DNA of 35,311 nucleotides from IMG/VR virus record IMGVR_UViG_3300021966_000008, positions 1-35,311 of that record. One strand, 5' to 3'. The stretch is from a virus (taxonomy: Duplodnaviria > Caudoviricetes). The position numbers were made by a program, and so were the translations under genes. Positions 16,458 through 26,596 of the stretch are shown here, piece by piece; the stretch's first letter is position 1; each line of letters begins with the position of its first letter. The notes under the pieces are model-generated. The model saw only the letters and a list, made by a program, of their open reading frames with translations, was not told the origin of the DNA and made no database searches.

Positions 16458-17579
16458 TTAATCATATGTTTCATCAATTGCAAATTGTAGTGTTGATCTA
16501 ACGTTACCACATGTAATTGAGAAGTTCTGATCCTCTGATTTAGCGGACCATTTTGTTACAACTGAATCGTATCGTTTACCTTGATAACCAATGATTACTT
16601 TATGACCTAAGTCAGTAATTTCTTCGATCTTAGGGTACCTATAATCAACTTCAAATGTTATCTCATGTTGATATGTCTGAGTCTTTAATTCTCTCTTAGC
16701 AATTTCCTCGGGGGTTGGTTCAGGCTCTGCATCAGCTGTGGTTGACTTTGTAGTTGGCTCTGTATAGACGTATCCAATCTTTGATACCGGCTTATGGACG
16801 TCTACATTTGTATAGTCATTTGTTATTTCATTCTTCTCAGTAAGATAAAATGTATAATAAATGTTCTTATACAATATCATAATACTGTTAGAGTTACCAA
16901 CATTTTCAGGACGAACATAAATACTAGGCTTAGCAAAGTAGTTGTTGCGATCCAGATAATACACATCTTTAGAAGTTCCACCCTGATGGGCAAGTAAGGC
17001 AAATCCAAACTTCTTATTGGTACGATTGTATGAAAAGCCAAGAGGTTGAATGGAGAACTGAGTCGTCTTATACAAGTTTTGTAATAGAGACGTTAAATTA
17101 TACTCTTTTGGTTTATCTTGGACAATAGACCAATCAATGTCACCCTCAAGTTGAAACATCTTTACATTTGTAAGGTACCGATCAGCTGTAAGCACATAGG
17201 AATCTGTAATCTGCTTAACAAATATAGAAGGATTAGCCGCTTTCCATACCTGTTGAATAGGAACTGAGATATTATAGATCTCGGTTAGAGGTCTTGTTGT
17301 AATCTTTAAATCCTCAAATGAGTCAACTAGACCAATATACATACATGAATAATAGTCTGAGAAAGTTTGAACTTGGGTTGTTGGTCTAAAGGTTTCGCCA
17401 ACTGATTTAACAATTACAAAGTCACCATTTGAAATATGATCGTAATTACTAAAGTTGTCAACCATAAATGTGGATTGGGTACTCGTTAGAATATCATTAT
17501 CAATCTCCCACTTGGAGCACGTGAACTGATATTTTAACAAATCAGTAATGCGATCAATAACCATGACTCGTACATCCAT
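16458..17579 (-). CDS. baseplate hub / Tal-like minor tail protein
   Basis: Follows Dit; DLGHKVII...VVTK...ITCGN C-terminal pattern. Confidence 0.55.
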   Translation of the reverse strand: MDVRVMVIDRITDLLKYQFTCSKWEIDNDILTSTQSTFMVDNFSNYDHISNGDFVIVKSVGETFRPTTQVQTFSDYYSCMYIGLVDSFEDLKITTRPLTEIYNISVPIQQVWKAANPSIFVKQITDSYVLTADRYLTNVKMFQLEGDIDWSIVQDKPKEYNLTSLLQNLYKTTQFSIQPLGFSYNRTNKKFGFALLAHQGGTSKDVYYLDRNNYFAKPSIYVRPENVGNSNSIMILYKNIYYTFYLTEKNEITNDYTNVDVHKPVSKIGYVYTEPTTKSTTADAEPEPTPEEIAKRELKTQTYQHEITFEVDYRYPKIEEITDLGHKVIIGYQGKRYDSVVTKWSAKSEDQNFSITCGNVRSTLQFAIDETYD

Positions 17580-18532
17580 TAGATCACACCCCATTCCTTC
17601 ATAATTGAGATACCAATATGTGGATCCATAACCGACTCAATACCTTGTTGAAACGCAGCACCTACTTGGAATACTGACTGTCCTAATGGGAATTGTATAA
17701 AGCCACGTGTCGTTGGATCAATTGCACTTGTAATATCCTCTTTAGTACCAGCACTCAAGTCATACAAGCTATATTCCTCTTCACCATAGGCTGTATTAAC
17801 CATTAATCGGTATCCCATAGGAATTGTCATTAATAGCTTCTCTGTTTGCAACGTATTGTAGTTCATATCAAGCACTGACCATGATGGATTGGTTATTGGA
17901 CCAGTAATACGATCCGTTGTGAACTCAAACTTCATTCCTGTGTATCGTGAGCCACCTGGTATGATAGAGTCATTGTCTACAACCAAGTTCCAGCCCGCTG
18001 CTAACGTCTCTGAGGCATACTTGTACGGATATGGGTATCCAAAGTAGCTGGTACGATCATAATATCCCTTGACGTCTTTATAATTAGCTGTAGAGTGCAT
18101 TGGTTTGACAATATCCCATCTATACCATGGACTGGTTGGTGTAAGGCTCATCTCAGACAACAGATGCCCCGTAGAATGGTCTACATCGCCCTTAGTTAGA
18201 CTTTTTAGCACAACTTTACGCTCATACTCACCTAAATATGGAACCTTATAGTGCAGATGTAGTGGTGGATTAGACACAATACGTGCAAAGTCATTGAAAT
18301 CCTTATAATTCTCACCATTAAAGCCAAATATAAGGTTGAACGTTAAGTCTTGTGAGCCGTATGCTACAGTTGCAACCGTACTACCATGCATACTTGGATA
18401 TAAGCTATAATCTAGTTCTACACCTAAACCTTTCGGATCATAAGCAAACGAGTTTTTAGCATTCATTTCAGCTCGTTCGCCAATAGCATTTGTAATATAA
18501 AAACCACGAGGATATCCTGAATAATCACTCAT
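17579..18532 (-). CDS. distal tail protein (Dit-like)
   Basis: Immediately after tape measure; PTSPWY, FIQFPLGQS. Confidence 0.6.
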   Translation of the reverse strand: MSDYSGYPRGFYITNAIGERAEMNAKNSFAYDPKGLGVELDYSLYPSMHGSTVATVAYGSQDLTFNLIFGFNGENYKDFNDFARIVSNPPLHLHYKVPYLGEYERKVVLKSLTKGDVDHSTGHLLSEMSLTPTSPWYRWDIVKPMHSTANYKDVKGYYDRTSYFGYPYPYKYASETLAAGWNLVVDNDSIIPGGSRYTGMKFEFTTDRITGPITNPSWSVLDMNYNTLQTEKLLMTIPMGYRLMVNTAYGEEEYSLYDLSAGTKEDITSAIDPTTRGFIQFPLGQSVFQVGAAFQQGIESVMDPHIGISIMKEWGVI

Positions 18533-21500
18533 CTAACAATCCTCAACTTTCTTATTTCATTTGTCATCTCATCTTTGAATGTATCCTTAACAATCTGACC
18601 TGCTTCTTTAGCTGTAACTGCATCCTTAGCATCAATTTGCATGTTGATATCACCAAATGTAACATCAGCAAGTTTAGTCGTATTAAGATTCTGAGCAGCT
18701 TGAGTAACCGGAGTCATAGTTGTAGATAGGGTTGCATTCAATTTCTGTTGATTAAGCTTACTTGCATCAATTACAGGTGTGATAACTGGTGAAAGGTCCA
18801 TCTTATCATCAACCAAAGCTTGTAGACGATCTCCTAAGTCACCAAAGGCACCTAATGTTGCGTCTGATAAACGATTAGCAGATTGAACAACAGTTCCTTG
18901 TTGGTTGGTAATACCTATTGCGAAACCTTCACCAACATAACCACCAATGCCCATCATAACACGTGAAGGTGATTTAATCTTCATAGCCTTTCTGATGGCA
19001 CTTGACGCAGCACTAGCAAGACTTCGTGCAGCACTAGCAGCCTTATCAACCCAGCTACTTAATCCACTAACGAATCCTGAACCAGCATATGATCCTTCAG
19101 AATGTAATGAGACGTGCGATCCAGTCTTAGCATTGTTACCAAGTCCAGCACCTTGTGTTCTAGCGGCACCTTTCTTGCTACCAACACCATTACTAAATTG
19201 TCCACCTGCTTTTGATCCTGCACCATTCAATGATACACTATTGGCACCACCTAAGGCACCGTTACCAATAGAGTTACCTGACGAGTGTGCAGCTCCTGTC
19301 ATTGAGAAGACACCATTACTAAATTGTCCACCCTTTTGACTACCTGCTCCAGCAAGATCAGCACTCATAGCACCATTTTTAGCACCATTACCTAAGACTC
19401 CACCTGCGGCAGATGCATTACCCGCCTGTCCTGCAACATTGGCACTAAATTGTCCACCTTTCTCGGTAGCAACTGTATCAATATCAAAGGCAGATCGTAA
19501 TCCTTCTTTAGCTTGTGTACCTAAGTCAGATGTAACTCCCTTAATACCTGGGATCCATCCAAACATGACATCAACAATCTTAGCAAGTCCGTCAATAACA
19601 ACTTCAAGGACTGCTTCAATTAAATTCATTACTGCATCGACAAGTTGTTGACCATTCTCACGTAACGAATTAGCCATACCATTAACCAATGATAGTATTA
19701 AATTAACACCAGCATCAATCAATGTACCCGCATTCTCAGCAATAGCCGCAGCAAAGTTTGCAACTAACTCAACAGCAACAGTAGCCAATTGATAAATATT
19801 GTCAGCAATTGCACCAATCAATCCAATGATAAGTTGCATACCTGAATTGGCAATAGATGGTGCAGCTTCTGCAATACCTTGAGCTAGAGACGTAACCACC
19901 GTCACACCAAACGTTACCATCTGAGGAATAAGTGTTGTAAGACCTTGCAATAATAGTCCGAGTGATGCAATAACAGCAGCAATAGAAGCAGCAGTCATTG
20001 AAGCAAGTAGGGCAATAGCTGACGTAAATCCAGTTAATACCAAACCAATAGCACCAATTGCAAGACCTAATGATCCAATGGCAACTGAGAATGCTAACAA
20101 CGATGCGGCCCCAGCAACCCCAATAAGACGTGATGCAACACCCATAATTGTGAATGCACCTGCTAAACCAATTAGGGCAACTGCCATACCAGCCAAAGGA
20201 ATAGTTGATAAGATCTTAAGAGGTGGAGCTAGTAATGCTATAGCACCAGCCATAACAGCAATAGCCGCAGCACCTGCTAGACCACCTGAAGCAGCAGCCA
20301 TAGCAACTACCATTTCAGCTAATGCAACCGCCAATCCTAGTAACGCAGTGGCCATCTTCATAGGATCCATTGCCCCAAGAGCAGCAATTGGAACAACCAT
20401 AAGATTTAAGGCAGTAGCAGTTAGTACCAATCCAGCAGCAGCACTCATCAAGTTGAGACCTTTGGTTACAGCTGAGAATAACGCTATTTCCGCTAGAACG
20501 GCAGCAAGACCTGAAAGACCTTGTATCATATTGTCCATATCAATAGCACCTAAAGCAGCTACAGCCCCAGACATTATGACCATTGATGTAGCAACAAGGT
20601 TTAATCCAACAGCCATTGATGGTTTAATACCCACCTTAGACACGGTTAGACAGAATACTGCAACTTCACTTAATACAACTGCTAACCCGGCAAGACCTTG
20701 TACCATGTTCTCAAGAGGCAATGCACCCATAATTGCTACAGCACCCGACATGATGACTAAAGCCGACGCCATTGCTATTAGTGAGCTACCTGCACTCGGA
20801 TCAACACCTTTTATCTTAGATATGGCTTTCAGACCAACAACCAATAAAGTTAATGATGCAGCTAAACCAATTAAAGCAGTAGCCATAGATACGGGATCAA
20901 TTGTTGACATAAGTTTTAAGGCAATAGCAAGGACCATTAAGGCGTTTGCTAAACTTGTTATCATAATGGCAGATTTAAAGGCACTTGTCCCAACGAACTC
21001 AAATGATGATATAGCTTTCAGAGCTCTTGTAAGCATAAGCATTGACACACCTACAACTTCAAGACCTTTAGAGATATCAGTAAAGCTTAATCCTTGAATT
21101 AGCTTCATAGCAACAGCCATAGCAACCATCGCTGCAGCAATTTCTACAAGAGTAGCAGCCTTAACAGCACGTTGCAATCCAACAAGACTATCCTTAATTG
21201 ACGTAAAGTTATCTGCAAACTTCTCAGGTAATTTGAATGAGTCAAGTAAACCTTTAAGAGCATCCTTAATTTCATCTGAACTCTTAGTAAACTTAGTTGC
21301 AGCTCCTACAATTGCTCCAATTCCGGCAGCACCAAACAGCTTCGTAATATCCATGTGACCAACTGTCTTACCAAATTGATCAGCCATTTTCTGTAATCCA
21401 GGAGCCGTAGCATCAGCAACTTTACCAATTAGAGTACCTAGATTCTTAAGTGCATCAATAGCTATACCAACACCAGTTTGAATGATTTGTCCAAGAGCTG

Positions 21501-22974
21501 AGAATGACTTACCAATTCCTGAAGCACTCTTACTCAATCCATCAGACGAACTTACTGCTCGATCAAAGCCTGTTATCATATCACCGATTGCAGAAGTAAC
21601 AGATAGAAGTCCGCTACCTAGTCCACTTGGAATAAGACCAATAAAGGCTTTACCAATAGTTGTAACAACCTTAATTCCCAAATCAATAACTGAGAACAAG
21701 CCTCTAAACGTAGCACGAACTTTAGAAGCCGTTGAATCAGACATTATTAAATGCTTTGAGAAACTGGCAAAGCTTTTTGCAGCATTAGATAATCCTTGAG
21801 CTGTGGCAGGTGGAAATACATCTCTGAATGCCTTTTGAACGGTTGTAATAACTTTACCAAGACCTTCAAAGGTATTCGATAAACCTGTGATGACAGCAGA
21901 TCGTCCACCTAACTCAACAAACCCTTTAGCTAATTCATTACGTGCATTTGCTTGTTTTTGGATTGCTCCAGTTACAACATTTGAAATACCAGTCCATAGC
22001 TTAGGAGCTTCTGTAAATCCACCAATAAGGTATTCAAAGGTTTGCGACCAACCGGACTTAAGCTCATCTTCAACCGTATCCATCAAGTCACTATACGTCT
22101 TAACCTGAGTAGCGGCTTTGAGCATTGACTTATCATTGGCAAACTCTTGAAGTGTCTTCATAAGAACATCAGTCGTCAACCAGCCGTCCTGTAATGACTC
22201 ACGGAACGATTTAGAAGTGTCAACGTTCTTACCCATTGCTTTAGCTGTGTTTTGTAAGGCGGTTTGGAATTTCTTACCACCCATACCTGCATTAACAACA
22301 GAGTTCCAGTCTTGCAAACCAACCTTACCAGCAGCAATAGCTTGTGATAATTGATACATGGCCATGGCCGCTTGTTGTGTAGATGAACCTGATGAAGCAG
22401 CCAAGTTACCAATACCTTGAATGGCAATCTGTGACGTCTTTAAGTCAACACCAGCAGCTGTAAAAGTACCCATGTTCGTTGTCATGTCTTCAAATGAGTA
22501 AATAGTCTTATTAGCATAATCATTTAACTCACCTAAGGACTTTGTTACATCATTAAGATTAGATTTACCTTCTGTATTGGCAAGGATAACCTGAATGGCT
22601 TTCAACTTGCTTTCATACATATTAAATCCAGATAAAATTGGCTCAATAGCAAATGACTTCACCAAAGCTGATCCTGCAGACATAGCCCTGCTTGTGATAT
22701 TGGACAGTGCGGTCATCGCGACAACACTTAATGCCGAGAATTTAGTTTGGACAACCCCGGCGTCGTCACCAATCTTTGAAATGTTTACATCAGTTGCTGC
22801 TTTGCTGACTCCTCGTAGAGACGACTCTGCCTTACCAAAGTCCAGTCCACCTGAGACCTTTTTAAATGCATTTGTTAATGTTGAGAAAGCACTAATTGAT
22901 GACTTTACTTTGTTTAGGAAATCAGAATTATTTAATGATAGTTTTACAATTTTATCATCAACTGGACGGCTCAT
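18529..22974 (-). CDS. tape measure protein
   Basis: 1481 aa, Ala/Gly-rich helical repeats, LNDYANKTIYSF...LQDWNSV tape-measure domain, IKSPSRVM. Confidence 0.92.
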   Translation of the reverse strand: MSRPVDDKIVKLSLNNSDFLNKVKSSISAFSTLTNAFKKVSGGLDFGKAESSLRGVSKAATDVNISKIGDDAGVVQTKFSALSVVAMTALSNITSRAMSAGSALVKSFAIEPILSGFNMYESKLKAIQVILANTEGKSNLNDVTKSLGELNDYANKTIYSFEDMTTNMGTFTAAGVDLKTSQIAIQGIGNLAASSGSSTQQAAMAMYQLSQAIAAGKVGLQDWNSVVNAGMGGKKFQTALQNTAKAMGKNVDTSKSFRESLQDGWLTTDVLMKTLQEFANDKSMLKAATQVKTYSDLMDTVEDELKSGWSQTFEYLIGGFTEAPKLWTGISNVVTGAIQKQANARNELAKGFVELGGRSAVITGLSNTFEGLGKVITTVQKAFRDVFPPATAQGLSNAAKSFASFSKHLIMSDSTASKVRATFRGLFSVIDLGIKVVTTIGKAFIGLIPSGLGSGLLSVTSAIGDMITGFDRAVSSSDGLSKSASGIGKSFSALGQIIQTGVGIAIDALKNLGTLIGKVADATAPGLQKMADQFGKTVGHMDITKLFGAAGIGAIVGAATKFTKSSDEIKDALKGLLDSFKLPEKFADNFTSIKDSLVGLQRAVKAATLVEIAAAMVAMAVAMKLIQGLSFTDISKGLEVVGVSMLMLTRALKAISSFEFVGTSAFKSAIMITSLANALMVLAIALKLMSTIDPVSMATALIGLAASLTLLVVGLKAISKIKGVDPSAGSSLIAMASALVIMSGAVAIMGALPLENMVQGLAGLAVVLSEVAVFCLTVSKVGIKPSMAVGLNLVATSMVIMSGAVAALGAIDMDNMIQGLSGLAAVLAEIALFSAVTKGLNLMSAAAGLVLTATALNLMVVPIAALGAMDPMKMATALLGLAVALAEMVVAMAAASGGLAGAAAIAVMAGAIALLAPPLKILSTIPLAGMAVALIGLAGAFTIMGVASRLIGVAGAASLLAFSVAIGSLGLAIGAIGLVLTGFTSAIALLASMTAASIAAVIASLGLLLQGLTTLIPQMVTFGVTVVTSLAQGIAEAAPSIANSGMQLIIGLIGAIADNIYQLATVAVELVANFAAAIAENAGTLIDAGVNLILSLVNGMANSLRENGQQLVDAVMNLIEAVLEVVIDGLAKIVDVMFGWIPGIKGVTSDLGTQAKEGLRSAFDIDTVATEKGGQFSANVAGQAGNASAAGGVLGNGAKNGAMSADLAGAGSQKGGQFSNGVFSMTGAAHSSGNSIGNGALGGANSVSLNGAGSKAGGQFSNGVGSKKGAARTQGAGLGNNAKTGSHVSLHSEGSYAGSGFVSGLSSWVDKAASAARSLASAASSAIRKAMKIKSPSRVMMGIGGYVGEGFAIGITNQQGTVVQSANRLSDATLGAFGDLGDRLQALVDDKMDLSPVITPVIDASKLNQQKLNATLSTTMTPVTQAAQNLNTTKLADVTFGDINMQIDAKDAVTAKEAGQIVKDTFKDEMTNEIRKLRIVR

Positions 22975-23351
22975 TTAAGCACCTCCTTTAACATCCTGTC
23001 AACCCCCGTCGTAAAGATTGGGCGAAGGGCAGGATTAATGTAATCTCTTGGGGGTATGTAACCACCATGACCATTACCGTGACCATACTGGATTAGCATT
23101 GCAACGTTTGCACTTGTCTCTGTATGTGCATCATTCTTCCAATACAGTTGATAACCTCCTGAAGACTTGTTTACTTGATAAGACCAATGTGACGCTGTTT
23201 CACCAGTATCAACAGGAGTTAAACTACTAAGGTTTTTTACCCCATTTTGACCTAAATCACGAAGGGGTCCAGCAGGACTCCGTGTCTGTACTTTTTTCAA
23301 CCAGCGCTCAATAGCAAACTCTGATTTTGGAATGCTTATATCAATTTTCAT
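22971..23351 (-). CDS. HK97 gp10-like tail completion protein
   Basis: TPVDTGET.SHW, QYGHG, YINPA. Confidence 0.75.
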   Translation of the reverse strand: MKIDISIPKSEFAIERWLKKVQTRSPAGPLRDLGQNGVKNLSSLTPVDTGETASHWSYQVNKSSGGYQLYWKNDAHTETSANVAMLIQYGHGNGHGGYIPPRDYINPALRPIFTTGVDRMLKEVLK

Positions 23352-23357
23352 AAGCGA

Positions 23358-23885
23358 CTATCCTTTCGTTTTCAATTGGGCTCGACGTTGTGCGTTTAAT
23401 GCACGGTTACGTTCCGCCACTGTAGCAGAACCCATCTTCTTCTGTGGTTGAGCACGTATTTGCATTACACGAATTAATGTCATAAGACGATTTATGTTCC
23501 ATACCTCGCAGGCAAGTGGAATGTGCAATTCAAACATCATGGCATACACTAATTCACTTGTCATATACGACCCATTTGATGAAGGAGTTTCAGGTTCTGA
23601 ATGTATGGTTGTAGCTGTGTGTGATTCTGTAATGTATGATGACAACTCTGAGATAAAGGTATCATCCATCAACTCAGTTGGGAATTTGGTTGTGCACATC
23701 TCTTGGATCAATGGAACCAATGTATCTGTTGTCAACTTAGTTGTAAAGAATGGCTTGCACTCTTTTGATTCCCACTCAGCAATAGTCTTCAACGACAACT
23801 CGAACTGGTATGTTCCTTCAGCGGACTCGAACTGCTCACTATGGGAATTGAAATAATCTTTCTTCTTAAACGTATATTCAAACAT
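23358..23885 (-). CDS. tail assembly chaperone (pre-tape-measure)
   Basis: WESK..KPF, TSELVY.MM, W.INRLMTLI, NRALNAQRRA; position in tail module. Confidence 0.6.
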   Translation of the reverse strand: MFEYTFKKKDYFNSHSEQFESAEGTYQFELSLKTIAEWESKECKPFFTTKLTTDTLVPLIQEMCTTKFPTELMDDTFISELSSYITESHTATTIHSEPETPSSNGSYMTSELVYAMMFELHIPLACEVWNINRLMTLIRVMQIRAQPQKKMGSATVAERNRALNAQRRAQLKTKG

Positions 23886-23903
23886 GCTGCTCTCCTTTTT
23901 CAG

Positions 23904-23930
23904 AAAAAAATAGGAGTCCTAGGACCCCTA
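23904..23930 (-). terminator. intrinsic terminator after endolysin
   Basis: TAGGGGTCC-TA-GGACTCCTA-T7. Confidence 0.75.
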
Positions 23931-23939
23931 ACGAAGTAG

Positions 23940-24842
23940 TTAATATCCGAGATTGACATACTTTTGAGCGCCATCATAGTAACGTCCTAAGAATGCTTTA
24001 CGGAAATCTCCTACTCCACATACACCAGCCTTAATTGCTTTAGCCAATGCGCGATTTAAAGTGTCAGCATTAGATGAGCCAAGGGCATAATTGACAACCG
24101 CTTGAACTGCGTCATAATACTTTCCTAAACTATTGATACGATCTTGACCTGAACCATACTTACCCCAAATTGTTTCGTTTGCAATCTTCTCAATGTTCTC
24201 GGTTGCTGGATTTGGAATAGGTTTAGTTGAAACGTCTGGTTTACTTTCAGTTTGAGATGGTTTGGCAAGTGCTTTCCAACCTTCTGCTGAAATGTTTGCT
24301 ACGTTTCGATCAAGTTTACCTTTTGAAGATGTGAATTGCCAGAGGGTATAATAAGGCCAAGGAGACGTCTTATAGATAAAGTTTGGAACCGTCCAAGTAG
24401 CAGCATCTGTCGGATAACCCGCAATCCATAATCCACAATAAGGAGCACAACTCGCTACTTGTGAAATTGCAGAAGCTTGCACATAGACAAGAGGCCAAAC
24501 ATTTGTCAAATCATGTACTCGTCTAACAAAGTTGAGTGCCCATGAGGTATTACCCCAAGCTTTATTCTCTCCTTGTTCCCAGTCAAGAGCCAATACAGCC
24601 GATCCAACGTAGTTCTTAATTGATGCTACGAAATAGTTGGCTTCAGCGACTGGATCTCCACCTTCAGCATAGTGATATAATCCTAACAATTTCCCTGCAT
24701 TTTTAGCAGCGTCATATTGAGCATTACAACTAGGATTAACATACCATGTGCCTTGTGTTGCCTTACTAATACTTCCATCAACACCTGGTAGGGTCGCATC
24801 ACTAATTGGATTATATGATGAAAGGTCAACGAATTTAAGCAT
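23940..24842 (-). CDS. endolysin, GH25 muramidase with CW_7 (Cpl-7)-like wall-binding repeats
   Basis: VDLSSYN, KATQG, GLYHY, LDWE, LWIAGY, WQFTS, LDRN; IANETIWGKYGSGQDRINSLG..YDAVQAVVN. Confidence 0.9.
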   Translation of the reverse strand: MLKFVDLSSYNPISDATLPGVDGSISKATQGTWYVNPSCNAQYDAAKNAGKLLGLYHYAEGGDPVAEANYFVASIKNYVGSAVLALDWEQGENKAWGNTSWALNFVRRVHDLTNVWPLVYVQASAISQVASCAPYCGLWIAGYPTDAATWTVPNFIYKTSPWPYYTLWQFTSSKGKLDRNVANISAEGWKALAKPSQTESKPDVSTKPIPNPATENIEKIANETIWGKYGSGQDRINSLGKYYDAVQAVVNYALGSSNADTLNRALAKAIKAGVCGVGDFRKAFLGRYYDGAQKYVNLGY

Positions 24843-25233
24843 TGTTGTTCCCTCCTTCTACTACTGATAATTGTGCAGGGGCTGAAGCAACTCCTTTACC
24901 GAATACTTCTGCTTTCTTAGGATCATTAAGCAGTCCTTCAAAGAAAGTTGCATATGCTGCAGATTCTGAGAATTGTTTCTTCAATTCAGCGTTCTTAATG
25001 AAACGTTTACCATCTTCTGAACGTTGACCATATGAGTCAAGGATTAATTCGTCCATAAAGTTCAACATCTTATCTACATCTTTTGAGTCAACTAATTTCT
25101 TAACATAAGATTGAATGTCTCCACCAATACGAGCTTGAATACGTGAAGCTTCCAATCTATTCATGTTGAAATATGCAGTTTCTACTTGTTCATTTCCATT
25201 AAAATCTACGTATTTAATATCTTCTTTAATCAT
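24835..25233 (-). CDS. tail assembly chaperone
   Basis: Follows major tail protein; Y.DFNG, SYGQRSEDGKRFIK. Confidence 0.65.
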   Translation of the reverse strand: MIKEDIKYVDFNGNEQVETAYFNMNRLEASRIQARIGGDIQSYVKKLVDSKDVDKMLNFMDELILDSYGQRSEDGKRFIKNAELKKQFSESAAYATFFEGLLNDPKKAEVFGKGVASAPAQLSVVEGGNNNA

Positions 25234-25257
25234 TATTATATCCCTCTTCTAATTGTA

Positions 25258-25950
25258 TTAAGCTTCTGAGCCAGCGTCGCCAGTTGGAGCTGGTATTTTC
25301 AACAAAGAAAGTAGTTCTTTAGGTGTTGGCAACTTAGCTTCTGTATTAGCATCTGATCCGTATAGTGTATCTGTAAGAGTCTTCCAAATTTCAGGAGTTG
25401 TCTTATCTTTACTTAAAGTAATAGATGCAGTTGGCTTATGAGCGTCATCAACTTCTTCAGGTGTTGTTGTAAATGCCCATGAGAATGTAACAGCAGCTGG
25501 TGAGTCATTAACAGTTTCATAAGCACGTTCTGATGGTGAAGCTTTGGCACCATAAATCAAGTGAATCTTTTCCCCGTATGCATCGCCCTTGGTATCATTA
25601 CCTTCAAGTGTACGATATGAGAATCCGAACATTTTACGAGTTTGTTGACCTACTGTTACACCTGCAACTAAGTCAGCAGTACCGTCACATTCACCAAATT
25701 CATCAGGGTATGTGTATGCTTCAATTGTACCCTTTAGTGATTCAGCTGATAGCAATGATAGGTATTTAATATTATCAGCATAAATGTCAGTAGCTTCAGC
25801 ACCTTCTGGTGATTCAGTTACTTTAGTTAAACCATTCCAAGCAACACCTTTCCCGTATGTGCCATCTTCATCGACAGCATACAAGACACCGTGATCAGTA
25901 CCTGTTTCATAAGTGTGCTTTCCTTTTTCGTCCCAAGCAATTTTAACCAT
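25258..25950 (-). CDS. major tail protein
   Basis: YETGTDHGVLY, AWNGLT, YADNIKY, HLIYG. Confidence 0.85.
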   Translation of the reverse strand: MVKIAWDEKGKHTYETGTDHGVLYAVDEDGTYGKGVAWNGLTKVTESPEGAEATDIYADNIKYLSLLSAESLKGTIEAYTYPDEFGECDGTADLVAGVTVGQQTRKMFGFSYRTLEGNDTKGDAYGEKIHLIYGAKASPSERAYETVNDSPAAVTFSWAFTTTPEEVDDAHKPTASITLSKDKTTPEIWKTLTDTLYGSDANTEAKLPTPKELLSLLKIPAPTGDAGSEA

Positions 25951-25955
25951 GTGTA

Positions 25956-26276
25956 TTACGCTCCTTCATTTTTATCCATATAAATTGTAAATACTATGTG
26001 ATTCAAGTTATCTGCAATGAATGATGTCTTAAAACTAGCATAAGGTATTTCATCAATCATCTTAAACGGAATATCGGGCTCTGGGTCCTTAGATATGTAT
26101 GTTACGTCATATGCAATAACCGATGTATATGCCTTATTATCAGCATAGACTACCATATGGTTTGCAATAGTGTATACAATACAAGGATAGGTGAGGGCTA
26201 TATTCGCTGCAGGTTGAAAGTAGACACGATCTGCATAGGTATTTAGCAAATTCTCAATGTATGTTCTACGCTCCAT
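25956..26276 (-). CDS. tail terminator
   Basis: VYFQP...YPCIVY; upstream of major tail protein. Confidence 0.65.
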   Translation of the reverse strand: MERRTYIENLLNTYADRVYFQPAANIALTYPCIVYTIANHMVVYADNKAYTSVIAYDVTYISKDPEPDIPFKMIDEIPYASFKTSFIADNLNHIVFTIYMDKNEGA

Positions 26277-26583
26277 TCCATATTCCTCCTACTGATAATA
26301 TAATACGTGGACGGGCAACAGTCATTGATGTCACCTTCCACTTTTGTCCTTCAAAGACTACGTATCGTATCTGTGAGCAATGCAGAAAAGCATACTTGTC
26401 ACCCACAATACTAATCCTATTAGACAAGGTTACATCGTCATATGCAGTTTGTGAAGGTTCCATCTGTTGAGTATAGTTCAGAACATCTCCACGCATTTGA
26501 CGCTCATCATATGATGTTGTGGCAATCCCATCCACAAGCTTTGGCTCTGACTCATATCCGACTACTCCAGAGAATCTAGCCAT
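26266..26583 (-). CDS. head-to-tail stopper/adaptor
   Basis: Follows capsid gene; ISIVGD.YA, IRYV.FEGQKWKV. Confidence 0.6.
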   Translation of the reverse strand: MARFSGVVGYESEPKLVDGIATTSYDERQMRGDVLNYTQQMEPSQTAYDDVTLSNRISIVGDKYAFLHCSQIRYVVFEGQKWKVTSMTVARPRIILSVGGIWNGA

Positions 26584-26596
26584 TTTGACTTAATCC

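Noticed and set aside
19185-19460. Repeated ctaaattgtccacc in the tape measure gene as DGR or regulatory repeats
   Set aside because: They encode periodic GGQFS protein repeats, and no reverse transcriptase is present
18947-22978. Plus-strand ORFs (for example 20078-21097, 339 aa)
   Set aside because: Antisense shadows of the Ala/Gly-rich tape measure gene, without RBS or recognisable motifs; the same applies to other plus-strand ORFs
24835-24900. Programmed frameshift at the end of the tail chaperone
   Set aside because: No clear slippery heptamer, and the next gene is the lysin with its own RBS
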